The position numbers and the translations under genes are program-made. The notes beneath the pieces were generated by a model, which saw nothing but the letters and a program-made list of their open reading frames with translations, ran no database searches and was not told the origin of the DNA. Of a stretch of DNA of 64,000 bases, positions 40,450-49,350 are shown in pieces (position 1 is the first letter of the stretch; each line of letters opens with the position of its first letter). The stretch is taken from positions 8,498 through 72,497 of the forward strand of contig JBKOVB010000114.1 of the NCBI GenBank assembly GCA_046723735.1. Direction: 5' to 3'. The stretch comes from Actinomycetota bacterium. GTDB taxonomy: Bacteria; Actinomycetota; Actinomycetes; Mycobacteriales; SCTD01.

Positions 40450-41943
40450 GTGCGTCGTACGGCACGAGCCCTGGTGGGCGTGGTCGTGGGGTGTCTGATG
40501 GTCGGGCTGCCCGGCGTCGCGCACGCCACGGCCGGCGACCTCGGCCACGACGTCTCCTACCCGCAGTGCGGGAGCACGCTGCCGTCGACGACCGACGCGT
40601 TCCGTCTCGTGGGGGTCACCGACGGCAAACCGTGGTACGTCAACCCGTGCCTCGTCGACCAGGCGCAGTGGGCGGCGGGTGCTGCCGAGCGTGGGCTGTA
40701 CACCAACACGGCCAACCCTGGGCACGTGAGCAGCCACTGGCCGACGTCCGGCTCGGGCCGGTGCCACGACGCCACCGTGGACACGGACAGCGGCTGCGCC
40801 TACGAGTACGGCAGGGCTGCGGCGGCCGACGCCCTGGCCCAAGCGACCAGCGCGCTGTCCGGCACCGGCGTGGACCCCAAGGGCGTCACCTGGTGGCTCG
40901 ACGCGGAGGGGAGCCGCACGCCCGGCCAGAACGGCAACTCCTGGGTGGGCAGCGGCGTCGTCAACGCGGCCGACCTGCAGGGCTTCGTCGACGGGCTGCG
41001 CCAAGGTGGTGTACCGGAGGTCGGCATCTACTCCACGGCGTTCCAGTGGGGCGACATCACCGAGGGCTACAGCCGGGCGACGAGCTCCGGCTACCGGTCA
41101 GCCTGGGGCTTCGCGCCGTCGTACCCGATCGAGGACGGGCCGGTCTGGTTCGCAGGCGTCGGCAGCCTCGGAGACGCGCAGAACGCCTGCAGCACGGGGT
41201 CGTTCACCGGCGGAGAGCGGCTGCTGGCGCAGTACGCGGACGCCGGCAGCGGGCTCGACGGCGACCACCGGTGCGCGGACCCGGACCACGGGTTGCCCAC
41301 GGTCGCTGTCGGCGCCCCGACCCACCTCGTGACGAGGACCTCGACCGTCGCTGCCTCGTGGACGGGCGCCGACACGGGGACCGGCGTGGCGAGCTACGAC
41401 CTCCGCACCGAGCGCGCGCCCTACAACGGGGCCTTCCGGGCGTGGCAGTACCCCGCGGCGCTGCAGCGCACCGCGACACGTTCCGCGAGCGTCTCGACGA
41501 CCGGGCAGGGTTGGACGACCTGCATCGCGGTCCGGAGCCGCGACGTCGCGGGCAACCTCTCGGCATGGTCGGCGATCCGCTGCACCGCCGTCCCGCTGGA
41601 CGACCGGGCCCTCTCCGCGAGCGCCGGGTGGTCGCGGGCCACTGGCCGCGGGTACTTCGCCTCGACGTACACGACCACGACCCGGTACGGCGCGACGCTG
41701 GTCCGGACCGGCGTTGTCTCCACGCGCCTGCACCTGCTGGCCCTGCGCTGCAGCACCTGCGGCAAGGTGGGCGTGTACGTCGGCAGCACGCTGCTCGCGA
41801 CGGTGAACCTCGCGGCGACCAGCACGTCTGTCGCGACGATCCCGCTGCCGCGGTTCTCGCTGCGCAGCGCCACCGTGACGATCAAGGTGCTCACCTCGGG
41901 CAGGACGGTGCGGGTGGACGGGCTGGCCACGAGCCGCGTCTGA
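40450..41943 (+). CDS. Secreted protein: GH25/DUF1906-like N-terminal domain plus a beta-rich C-terminal domain
   Basis: Signal peptide (VVGCLMVGLPGVAHA). GHDVSYPQCGSTLP...WWLDAEG...GIYSTAFQWGDI resembles DUF1906 glycoside-hydrolase-like domains. The C-terminal 250 aa are unassigned. Confidence 0.55.
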   Translation: MRRTARALVGVVVGCLMVGLPGVAHATAGDLGHDVSYPQCGSTLPSTTDAFRLVGVTDGKPWYVNPCLVDQAQWAAGAAERGLYTNTANPGHVSSHWPTSGSGRCHDATVDTDSGCAYEYGRAAAADALAQATSALSGTGVDPKGVTWWLDAEGSRTPGQNGNSWVGSGVVNAADLQGFVDGLRQGGVPEVGIYSTAFQWGDITEGYSRATSSGYRSAWGFAPSYPIEDGPVWFAGVGSLGDAQNACSTGSFTGGERLLAQYADAGSGLDGDHRCADPDHGLPTVAVGAPTHLVTRTSTVAASWTGADTGTGVASYDLRTERAPYNGAFRAWQYPAALQRTATRSASVSTTGQGWTTCIAVRSRDVAGNLSAWSAIRCTAVPLDDRALSASAGWSRATGRGYFASTYTTTTRYGATLVRTGVVSTRLHLLALRCSTCGKVGVYVGSTLLATVNLAATSTSVATIPLPRFSLRSATVTIKVLTSGRTVRVDGLATSRV

Positions 41944-41956
41944 CTGCCGCACTCCG

Positions 41957-42008
41957 TGATCATGGGAGCCGTGGCTACCCCTGGGTGGTCCGGGGGTGCC
42001 CATGATCA
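41957..42008 (+). repeat. Perfect 10-bp inverted repeat TGATCATGGG ... CCCATGATCA
   Basis: The arms lie at 41957-41966 and 41999-42008 with a 32-nt spacer, between the secreted-protein stop and the uvrB promoter. Confidence 0.5.
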
Positions 42009-42019
42009 TGAAGGTGGGA

Positions 42020-42041
42020 TGTCGGTGGCGGGACGTACGGT
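42020..42041 (+). promoter_or_regulatory. RecA-independent DNA-damage promoter (RecA-NDp / PafBC-type) for uvrB
   Basis: TGTCGGTG-GCGGGACG-TACGGT matches the published consensus tTGTCRgtg-N8-TAnnnT exactly. The hexamer ends 6 nt before the uvrB ATG, which implies a leaderless mRNA. Confidence 0.65.
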
Positions 42042-42047
42042 GGTCAG

Positions 42048-44201
42048 ATGCCACGCACGGAGGTCCCCCTCAAGCGCGGGCACGGCGTCCGTCCCACCGT
42101 GCCGCGGCTCGACACGACCCTGCGGCGCAGCACCAGGCCCTTCCAGGTGGTCAGCGAGTTCGAGCCCTCGGGCGACCAGCCCGCCGCCATCACGGAGATG
42201 GCGCAGCGCCTCGAGAAGGGCGTCCCCGACGTCGTGCTGCTCGGCGCGACGGGCACCGGCAAGTCGGCCACGACGGCCTGGCTGATCGAGCAGGTGCAGC
42301 GCCCGACGCTCGTGATGGCCCCGAACAAGACCCTCGCCGCCCAGCTCGCCAACGAGTTCCGCGAGCTGCTGCCCCACAACGCGGTCGAGTACTTCGTCAG
42401 CTACTACGACTACTACCAGCCCGAGGCCTACGTCCCGCAGACGGACACCTACATCGAGAAGGACTCGAGCATCAACGAGGAGGTGGAGCGCCTCCGGCAC
42501 AGCGCCACCATGAGCCTGCTGACCCGCCGCGACGTCGTGGTGGTCGCGTCGGTGTCGTGCATCTACGGCCTGGGGACGCCCCAGGAGTACGTCGACCGGA
42601 TGGTGCGGCTCCAGGTCGGCGAGGAGGTCGAGCGCGACCAGCTGCTGCGCCGCCTCGTGGACGTCCAGTACACCCGCAACGACCTGTCCTTCACGCGCGG
42701 CACCTTCCGGGTGCGGGGGGACACCATCGAGGTCTTTCCGGTGTACGAGGAGCTCGCCGTCCGGGTGGAGATGTTCGGGGACGAGATCGAGAAGGTGATG
42801 TCGCTGCACCCGCTCACCGGCGAGGTGGTGGCGGAGCACGACGAGCTGTTCGTCTTCCCCGCCACCCACTACGTCGCCGGCCCGGAGCGGATGGAGCGGG
42901 CCGTCGCCGGCATCGAGGTCGAGCTGGAGGAGCGCCTCACGGTGCTGGAGGGCCAGGGCAAGCTGCTCGAGGCTCAGCGGCTGCGGATGCGGACGACGTA
43001 CGACGTCGAGATGATGCGGCAGGTCGGCTTCTGCAACGGGATCGAGAACTACAGCCGCCACATCGACGGTCGTGGGGCAGGCAGCCCGCCGCACACGCTG
43101 CTGGACTACTTCCCCGAGGACTTCCTCCTCGTCATCGACGAGTCGCACGTGACGGTGCCGCAGATCGGTGGCATGTACGAGGGCGACATGTCCCGCAAGC
43201 GGACGCTGGTCGACCACGGCTTCCGCCTGCCGAGCGCCTGCGACAACCGGCCGCTGAGGTGGGAGGAGTTCCTGGAGCGCACCGGCCAGACCGTCTACCT
43301 CTCCGCCACCCCGGGGCCCTACGAGCTTTCCCGGGTCAAGGACGACGTGGTCGAGCAGGTCATCCGCCCGACCGGCCTCGTCGACCCCGAGATCGTCGTG
43401 AAGCCGACCAAGGGCCAGATCGACGACCTCGTCCACGAGATCCGGCTGCGGGCCGACAAGGGTGAGCGCGTCCTGGTCACGACCCTGACCAAGAAGATGT
43501 CCGAGGACCTGACGGACTACCTGCTCGAGCTCGGCATCCGCGTCCGGTACCTCCACTCAGAGGTCGACACGATCCGCCGGATCGAGCTGCTCAAGGAGCT
43601 GCGGCAGGGGGTCTTCGACGTCCTGGTCGGCATCAACCTGCTCCGCGAGGGCCTCGACCTCCCGGAGGTGTCGCTCGTCGCCATCCTCGACGCCGACAAG
43701 GAGGGCTTCCTGCGCTCGGGCACCAGCCTCATCCAGACGATCGGCCGGGCGGCCCGCAACGTCAGCGGTCAGGTCCACATGTACGCCGACACCGTGACGC
43801 CGAGCATGGCGAAGGCGATCGACGAGACGTCCCGGCGGCGCGCGAAGCAGATCGCCTACAACACCGAGCGGGGGCTCGACCCCCAGCCGTTGCGCAAGAA
43901 GATCGCGGACATCCTGGACGACATCGTCCGGGAGGACCCCGAGCTGGTCGGCGGCAGCGGCCGCAACGTCTCGCGGGGCAAGGCGCCCGTCCCGGGGGCG
44001 GCGGCGCACGTCCCGCGCACCCATGTCGGGGCGCTCAAGGGGATGCCCCGCGCCGAGCTGGCCCAGCTCATCCAGCAGCTGCAGGACCAGATGCACGAGG
44101 CGGCCCGCGAGCTCAGCTTCGAGCTCGCCGCGCGTTTGCGTGACGAGGTCAACGAGCTCAAGAAGGAGCTCAGGGGGATGGACGCCGCGGGGATCCGGTA
44201 G
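42048..44201 (+). CDS. uvrB: Excinuclease ABC subunit B
   Basis: [14 protein letters not shown], Walker [13 protein letters not shown] box (VIDESHVT), helicase motifs and the C-terminal UVR domain ([17 protein letters not shown]). Confidence 0.95.
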   Translation: MPRTEVPLKRGHGVRPTVPRLDTTLRRSTRPFQVVSEFEPSGDQPAAITEMAQRLEKGVPDVVLLGATGTGKSATTAWLIEQVQRPTLVMAPNKTLAAQLANEFRELLPHNAVEYFVSYYDYYQPEAYVPQTDTYIEKDSSINEEVERLRHSATMSLLTRRDVVVVASVSCIYGLGTPQEYVDRMVRLQVGEEVERDQLLRRLVDVQYTRNDLSFTRGTFRVRGDTIEVFPVYEELAVRVEMFGDEIEKVMSLHPLTGEVVAEHDELFVFPATHYVAGPERMERAVAGIEVELEERLTVLEGQGKLLEAQRLRMRTTYDVEMMRQVGFCNGIENYSRHIDGRGAGSPPHTLLDYFPEDFLLVIDESHVTVPQIGGMYEGDMSRKRTLVDHGFRLPSACDNRPLRWEEFLERTGQTVYLSATPGPYELSRVKDDVVEQVIRPTGLVDPEIVVKPTKGQIDDLVHEIRLRADKGERVLVTTLTKKMSEDLTDYLLELGIRVRYLHSEVDTIRRIELLKELRQGVFDVLVGINLLREGLDLPEVSLVAILDADKEGFLRSGTSLIQTIGRAARNVSGQVHMYADTVTPSMAKAIDETSRRRAKQIAYNTERGLDPQPLRKKIADILDDIVREDPELVGGSGRNVSRGKAPVPGAAAHVPRTHVGALKGMPRAELAQLIQQLQDQMHEAARELSFELAARLRDEVNELKKELRGMDAAGIR

Positions 44202-44892
44202 GTGCAGGGCGGGCCCCTGCCCCGAGCCCCTCACGCAGGGCGATGGTCACCGCCTCGAGGCTGGTGTGCACGCCGAGCTTGGCCAGCACGTTCTGCGCGT
44301 GCGTCCGGACCGTGTTCACGGACAGCCGCAGACGGGCGGCGATCTCCTCGCGGGACAGGCCCTCCGCCATGCCCACGAGCACCTGCCGCTCGCGCCCGGT
44401 CAGCCGCTCGAGCCGGGCGACGGCCGCCGCGTCCTGCTCCCGGACGAGGTTCTGCACGACCTCGCCGAGCACCGCTCTCGGCAGCCACCACTCGCCGTCG
44501 GCGACGGCGCTGATCACCTGGGACACCTCCGCCAGGGGGGCGCTCTTGGGCAACCAGCCGCGCGCCCCGGCGACGACCAGAGCGCCGAGAGCCCGGGTCC
44601 CCTCGTCCGCGGTGAGCACGACCAGCCCGACCTCCGGGTGGCGGCGTCTGACCTCGTCCAGGAACCCGACTTGCCAGGAGCCGGGCTCCACACCGACCAC
44701 CACGACGCGGGGGGCGACGTGCTGGAGCCGGTGCAACGCGTCGTCGGCGCTGCTCGCCGACCAGACCAGACCGGTGCGCGACTCCAGCGCCAGACCCAGG
44801 GCCAGGCCCTCCGCGAACGTGCGCTCGGGGTCGACCACGAGCACATCCACCGTGCCCAGCGGCGCCTGCCGTCTCTCGACGGTCGTCGTCAC
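44170..44892 (-). CDS. LuxR/NarL-family response regulator, atypical (phospho-acceptor Asp replaced by Gly)
   Basis: The C-terminal HTH is [44 protein letters not shown]. In the receiver-like N-terminus, [10 protein letters not shown] aligns to the canonical DLILLDLNMPG. The GTG start overlaps the upstream stop (GTGA). Confidence 0.75.
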   Translation of the reverse strand: MTTTVERRQAPLGTVDVLVVDPERTFAEGLALGLALESRTGLVWSASSADDALHRLQHVAPRVVVVGVEPGSWQVGFLDEVRRRHPEVGLVVLTADEGTRALGALVVAGARGWLPKSAPLAEVSQVISAVADGEWWLPRAVLGEVVQNLVREQDAAAVARLERLTGRERQVLVGMAEGLSREEIAARLRLSVNTVRTHAQNVLAKLGVHTSLEAVTIALREGLGAGARPAPTGSPRRPSP

Positions 44893-45521
44893 GAGCAGCA
44901 CGGCAACCGGTCGTGGGGCGCGCGGGCATGCCGGGCGACGTGCGCGACCGCCTCGACGCGCGAGTGCGCCCCCAGCTTGTCGAGGATGGACTGCACGTAG
45001 CTCCGTGCGGTCGACTGCGTGATGCCGAGCTCGCGGGCGATGCCCTCGGTCGACCGAGCGGCGACCAGCAGGGCGAGCACCTCGGACTCCCGGGCGGTCA
45101 GGAAGCGCAGCCGCCAAGCACCGTCTGCGAGCGGCTCCTGTGCCGATGGCGTCAGCTCGAGGGGCACTGGCGCCCCGTGCACCGCCGCGAGCAACCCTTC
45201 CAGGGAGTCGGTGCGAGGCACCACCTGGTGGGCACCCGCCTCGAGCGCGGCACGTCGCTGCTCCCCGTCGTCGGCCGTGGACAGGCAGACGACGAGGGTC
45301 TGCGGCCAGGCCCGCCGTACCCGCCGGACCACCGCCAGCGCGGCAGCGACGTCCGAGCGCAGGCTGATGACCAGCAGGTGCGCCGCCCTGTCGGCGAGGC
45401 ACGCGGCGACGTCGGCCGCGCGCGTGACGACGCTGACCTCGCACAGCCCCTCCCGGCGCAGCGCGAGCCCCAACGACTGGCCGAACATGAGCTGCTCGTC
45501 GCAGACCAAGGCGCTCTCCAT
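44889..45521 (-). CDS. LuxR/NarL-family response regulator, atypical (phospho-acceptor Asp replaced by Ser, conserved Lys replaced by Arg)
   Basis: The HTH is LTARESEVLALLVAARSTEGIARELGITQSTARSYVQSILDKLG. In the receiver-like N-terminus, HLLVISLRS sits at the phospho-acceptor position. A GGGGGAG SD is present. Confidence 0.75.
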   Translation of the reverse strand: MESALVCDEQLMFGQSLGLALRREGLCEVSVVTRAADVAACLADRAAHLLVISLRSDVAAALAVVRRVRRAWPQTLVVCLSTADDGEQRRAALEAGAHQVVPRTDSLEGLLAAVHGAPVPLELTPSAQEPLADGAWRLRFLTARESEVLALLVAARSTEGIARELGITQSTARSYVQSILDKLGAHSRVEAVAHVARHARAPHDRLPCCS

Positions 45522-45561
45522 GGCTCCCCCTCTCGCCCTGACGAGGCCGGGGGAGCGGGGA

Positions 45562-45570
45562 CTGATACGT
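45562..45570 (+). promoter_or_regulatory. Copy 1 of the recurring 9-mer CTGATACGT
   Basis: It lies in the divergent region between the LuxR-type gene (start 45521) and the GT2 gene (start 45663), and is oriented toward the GT2 gene 93 nt downstream. Confidence 0.4.
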
Positions 45571-45662
45571 CAGCCTCCTGCGTTCGTCCTAGTCCTCTTG
45601 CAGGCTCTGCCCGAGGTGGTGCCGATGTCACGGTGGGCGAGAGCCACGTCACGGGAGGGCCG

Positions 45663-46694
45663 ATGGCACGACCGCTCGAGCCCGCGGACGGGCGCGTCTC
45701 CGTCATGATGCCCCTACGGCAGGAGGGGCCGGAGCTGCACCGGGTGCTGGAGGCGGTCACAGGTCAGGACTGCCCGGCGCTCGACCGGATCGTGGTCGCC
45801 GTCGGTCCGAGCCAGGACGGGACGGACGAGGTCGTCCGGGCCTGGGCCGCCCGCGACCCGCGGCTGCTGGTCTTGGACAACCCCGAGGGCATCGTGAGCA
45901 CCGGCCTCAACCGGGCGCTGGAGGCGGTCACGAGCCGTTACGTCGTGCGGATCGACGGTCACTGCCTGGTGCCCCGGAACTACGTGGGTCACCTGCTGCG
46001 GACGGCTGAGCGGACGGGCGCCACCTGCACGGGTCCGCGCCTGCGCACGGTGGGTTCGGGCACGATGCAGCGCGCCATCGCGGCCGCGATGAGCTCGCGG
46101 TTCGGCGTCGGCGGCTCCCGCTTCCGGACCGCCACGCGCTCCGGCTTCGTCGACACCGTGGCCTTCGGGCTCTACGAGCGCGACCTGTTGGTGCAGCTGG
46201 GCGGGTTCCGGCCCGAGCTGGTGCGCAACCAGGACGACGAGCTCAACGCGCGCCTGCGCCGGGCCGGTGGGACCGTGTACCTGGACGCCGACGTGTGCGT
46301 CGACTACTACCCCCGCCGCCGGCTCCGGGCGCTGTGGCGTCAGTACTACGAGTACGGGTACTGGCGCACCGTCAGCGCTCGGTCGTTCGGGGACCGGCTC
46401 GGCCCGCGGCAGCTCGCGCCTGGCGCCTTCGTCGCCGGGCTGGTGGGAGGTCTCGCGGTCACTCTCGCGGGGCAGCCGCTGCCCCTGCTCGTGGCCGTCG
46501 TCGCGTACGGCGGGGTGCTGGCCCTGCTCGTGATGCAGACCCTGCGTCGCACCTCGGACCCCGCCGTGGCGCTGCTCAGCGCCCCGGCAGGCGCCGTGCT
46601 GCACGTGTCGTACGGCTGTGGCCTGTGGCGTTCGCTGCTGCGGCCCGGGATGCTGCGCCCGGCGCGTTCGCCGCAGCAGCAGGCAGGCGGATGA
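45663..46694 (+). CDS. Glycosyltransferase family 2 with C-terminal TM helices
   Basis: A GGGAGGG SD precedes the ATG. VSVMMPLRQEG...DGTDEVVRAW...LDNPEGIVSTGLNRAL...RIDGH...QDDELN, followed by 2-4 hydrophobic helices. Confidence 0.8.
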   Translation: MARPLEPADGRVSVMMPLRQEGPELHRVLEAVTGQDCPALDRIVVAVGPSQDGTDEVVRAWAARDPRLLVLDNPEGIVSTGLNRALEAVTSRYVVRIDGHCLVPRNYVGHLLRTAERTGATCTGPRLRTVGSGTMQRAIAAAMSSRFGVGGSRFRTATRSGFVDTVAFGLYERDLLVQLGGFRPELVRNQDDELNARLRRAGGTVYLDADVCVDYYPRRRLRALWRQYYEYGYWRTVSARSFGDRLGPRQLAPGAFVAGLVGGLAVTLAGQPLPLLVAVVAYGGVLALLVMQTLRRTSDPAVALLSAPAGAVLHVSYGCGLWRSLLRPGMLRPARSPQQQAGG

Positions 46695-48088
46695 CCGTGC
46701 TCCTGCAGGCCGCCAAGCCCCCGCCCCCCGCCCCTCCCGACGCGCGGCGCTCGCCGGCGTGGCCGCTGGTGCTTGTCCCCCTGCTCGTCGTCCCCCTCGG
46801 CTGCCTTGCGTTGCTCGTGTGGCTGCCCGAGATGGGCGGGGTGCGCCTCGCCAGCGCGGTGTTCCTCCTGGTCGCCGTGCTCGTCCTGCTCGTGCGGCCG
46901 CGAGGCCTTCTGTCAGCACGCACGTGGGTGGTCGGCTACCTCGTCCTGCAGTTCCCCGTCCGCGCGCTGTTCCTGCTCACCGCTCCCAAGGAGAGACCGC
47001 CCATCTACGCCGAGGTGTCGCCCGGCGTGGGTCTCGAGCCGGCGTTGGTCACGGCCCTGCTCGAGTCGATCTTGGGCCTGGCGGTGCTCGGGGCCGTCTA
47101 CGTCCTGGGGCACCAGTACTGGCGCCCGCCGACTCGTCCGTCGATGCACGTGGCGCTGCGGTGGCAGAGGGCGTACCTGCTGCTGCTCGTCGGGGCGTTC
47201 ATGCTGCCGATCGAGCTCACCGCCGGCAGCGGCTCGAGCGGTGCGTTCATCATCAGCCTCCCTGGGCTCGCGGCCTCGGGGGCGGCCGCGGTCGTCTGCT
47301 TCGCCTTCGTGCAGTCACCCGGCCGCTGGTGGCCGATCTTCCTGCTCGCGGTCGCCTACACCGCGGCCAGGGTCACCCTGCTCTCGTCGAAGATGGCGCT
47401 GCTCGCGGGCCTGCTCGCCGCGGTCCTCAGCCTGGTCGGCCGGCTGCAGCGGCGACGGGGACGGCTGCCGGTCGTGCGCGGCACGATCGTGGTGCTCGTC
47501 TGCCTGGCCACGGCGTCGTACATCTTCGCCGTGGGCAGCGGCCGCAGCCACGGGCGTGGCGTCGCCGACTCGGTCGGGCAAGGGGCGCAGGCCGCGGTGT
47601 CCCGCAGCTACGGGGTGGACGCCGTGGTGGCCACGAACGAGCACCTCGCCAGGGGGGCGCGGCCGTTGTACGGCCAGAGCTTCGTCGAGATCGTCTACTC
47701 CTGGGTGCCACGCGCGTTCTGGCCGGACAAGCCGAGGTCGTTCTCCATCCGGTACGGCGAGGACGTGTTCTCCTTCACCCAGGGCGTCGGCCGGGAGTTC
47801 TTCGCGCCCAGCTACTCCGGGGAGTGGCTGCTGAACTTCGGGGTGCCCGGGCTCGTCCTGGGCTGGATGTTGTTCGGCCTTGCGCTGGCCCGGGTGGACG
47901 CGCTCGCCTCGATACCCCACCGGATGCTGTGGCTCGCGTCGCTGGTGCACCTCGTCGAGGGGTCGGTGGTGGCCCAGTTCTGGTTGGCGGCGCCGTTCAT
48001 CGTGGGCGGGTACTGGGTGCTGCGCCGTGACGCAGTCGTCCCGGACGCCCTGCGGCTGGCGCCGGTGCCGCTGGAGGCGACCGCTTAG
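46691..48088 (+). CDS. Wzy-like oligosaccharide repeat-unit polymerase / O-antigen-ligase-like membrane protein
   Basis: The ATG overlaps the GT2 stop (ATGA). It has about 10-12 TM helices and one larger loop. There are no catalytic motifs I can name, so the call rests on architecture and context. Confidence 0.55.
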   Translation: MTVLLQAAKPPPPAPPDARRSPAWPLVLVPLLVVPLGCLALLVWLPEMGGVRLASAVFLLVAVLVLLVRPRGLLSARTWVVGYLVLQFPVRALFLLTAPKERPPIYAEVSPGVGLEPALVTALLESILGLAVLGAVYVLGHQYWRPPTRPSMHVALRWQRAYLLLLVGAFMLPIELTAGSGSSGAFIISLPGLAASGAAAVVCFAFVQSPGRWWPIFLLAVAYTAARVTLLSSKMALLAGLLAAVLSLVGRLQRRRGRLPVVRGTIVVLVCLATASYIFAVGSGRSHGRGVADSVGQGAQAAVSRSYGVDAVVATNEHLARGARPLYGQSFVEIVYSWVPRAFWPDKPRSFSIRYGEDVFSFTQGVGREFFAPSYSGEWLLNFGVPGLVLGWMLFGLALARVDALASIPHRMLWLASLVHLVEGSVVAQFWLAAPFIVGGYWVLRRDAVVPDALRLAPVPLEATA

Positions 48089-49350
48089 AGCGTCTCGACG
48101 TTGTCGCCTTTCATGCGGTTCCGCGCGTCGAAGACGTAACGGGCGTGCGCCGTGACGAGGTCGTAGTCGAAGCAGTCGTGGTCGGTCACGAGGACCACGG
48201 CGTCTGCGGCCCGCACCTCGTCCACGGTGAGGTCGACCCGCGTCACGTGCGACGGCACCTGCGCGTCGTGCAGGTGCGGGTCGCAGGCGCGCACCTCGGC
48301 CCCCAGCGCCCGCAGCCGCTCGGCGACGACCGCCCCCGGTGCCTCGCGCGCGTCACCCGTGTTCCTCTTGTACGACAGGCCGAGGAGCAGGACCCGTGCC
48401 CCGTTCAGCGCCTGCTGGCGCCGGTTGAGGCCGAGCATGACGCGGCGCACCACGTGGTCGGGCATGTGGTCGTTGACGTCGTTGGCGAGCTCCACGAACC
48501 GGAACGGGTGGCCGAGGCTCTGGCGCACGCTCCACGACAGGTAGCTCGGGTCGATGGGCAGGCAGTGGCCCCCGACCCCCGGACCAGGGGTGAACGGCAT
48601 GAAGCCGAAGGGCTTCGTCGCCGCGGCCTCGATCGCGGCCCAGATGTCGATCCGGAGGTCCGCCGCGAACATGGCCAGCTCGTTGACCAGCGCGATGTTC
48701 ACGTGCCGGAACGTGTTCTCCAGCAGCTTGGCGAGCTCCGCCTCGCGGGTCGACGGGACGGCCACGGTGCGGCTGACGATGCGTTCGTAGAACGCGCGCA
48801 CACGCTCGAGCGACAGGTGGTCGATCCCTGAGATGATCTTCGGCGTGTTCTCGAGGCGCCACGTCGTGTTCCCCGGGTCGATCCGCTCGGGGCTGTAGCC
48901 GAGGTAGAAGTCGGTCCCCGCGCGCAGCCCGCTGCCGTCCTCGAGGATCGGCCCCACGACCTCCTCCGTCGTGCCGGGGTACGTCGTGGACTCCAGCACC
49001 ACCAGGGCTCCGGGTCGCAGGTAGGGCGCCAGCGTGCGGGTGGCGTGCTCCACGAACGACAGGTCGGGGGCGCCATCCGCGAGCGGGGTGGGCACGGTGA
49101 CCACGGCGGTGTCGAAGTCCGCGCACACCTGCGCGTCGTTCCCGGCGACGAGGCGCCCCGTGGCCAGGCAGGCGGCCAGCACCTCGTCGGGGATGTCCTC
49201 GACGTAGGAACACCCGGCGTTCAGGGCGTCGACCCGCGACTGCTGCACCTCGTAGCCGCCGACGAGGAACCCCGCCTGCGTGGCGCGTACGGCGAGGGGC
49301 AGACCCACGTAGCCGAGGCCGACCACGACGACCTTCTGGGGAGCTGTCAC
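48085..49350 (-). CDS. Nucleotide-sugar 6-dehydrogenase (UDP-N-acetyl-hexosamine dehydrogenase WecC/WbpA/TviB-like)
   Basis: N-terminal Rossmann VVVVGLGYVGLPLA, catalytic GGHCLPIDPSYL and the ELANDVNDHMP motif typical of the HexNAc-dehydrogenase branch. GTGA overlap with the upstream GT4. Confidence 0.85.
   Translation of the reverse strand: MTAPQKVVVVGLGYVGLPLAVRATQAGFLVGGYEVQQSRVDALNAGCSYVEDIPDEVLAACLATGRLVAGNDAQVCADFDTAVVTVPTPLADGAPDLSFVEHATRTLAPYLRPGALVVLESTTYPGTTEEVVGPILEDGSGLRAGTDFYLGYSPERIDPGNTTWRLENTPKIISGIDHLSLERVRAFYERIVSRTVAVPSTREAELAKLLENTFRHVNIALVNELAMFAADLRIDIWAAIEAAATKPFGFMPFTPGPGVGGHCLPIDPSYLSWSVRQSLGHPFRFVELANDVNDHMPDHVVRRVMLGLNRRQQALNGARVLLLGLSYKRNTGDAREAPGAVVAERLRALGAEVRACDPHLHDAQVPSHVTRVDLTVDEVRAADAVVLVTDHDCFDYDLVTAHARYVFDARNRMKGDNVETL

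Noticed and set aside
38065-41004. The upstream 980 codons of the 1251-aa minus-strand ORF 37249-41004.
   Set aside because: Only the last 271 codons (37249-38064) form a methyltransferase with coding-like composition. The rest lies antisense to rpsA, coaE and the secreted-protein gene and reads as low-complexity sequence.
45540-45575. Reading CTGATACGTC as an ECF-sigma promoter -10 element (CGTC) with an upstream GGAAC-type -35.
   Set aside because: Only the 57361 copy has a GGAAT-like box upstream, and it sits at a too-long 19-nt spacing. The other two copies have none, so the motif is left functionally unassigned.
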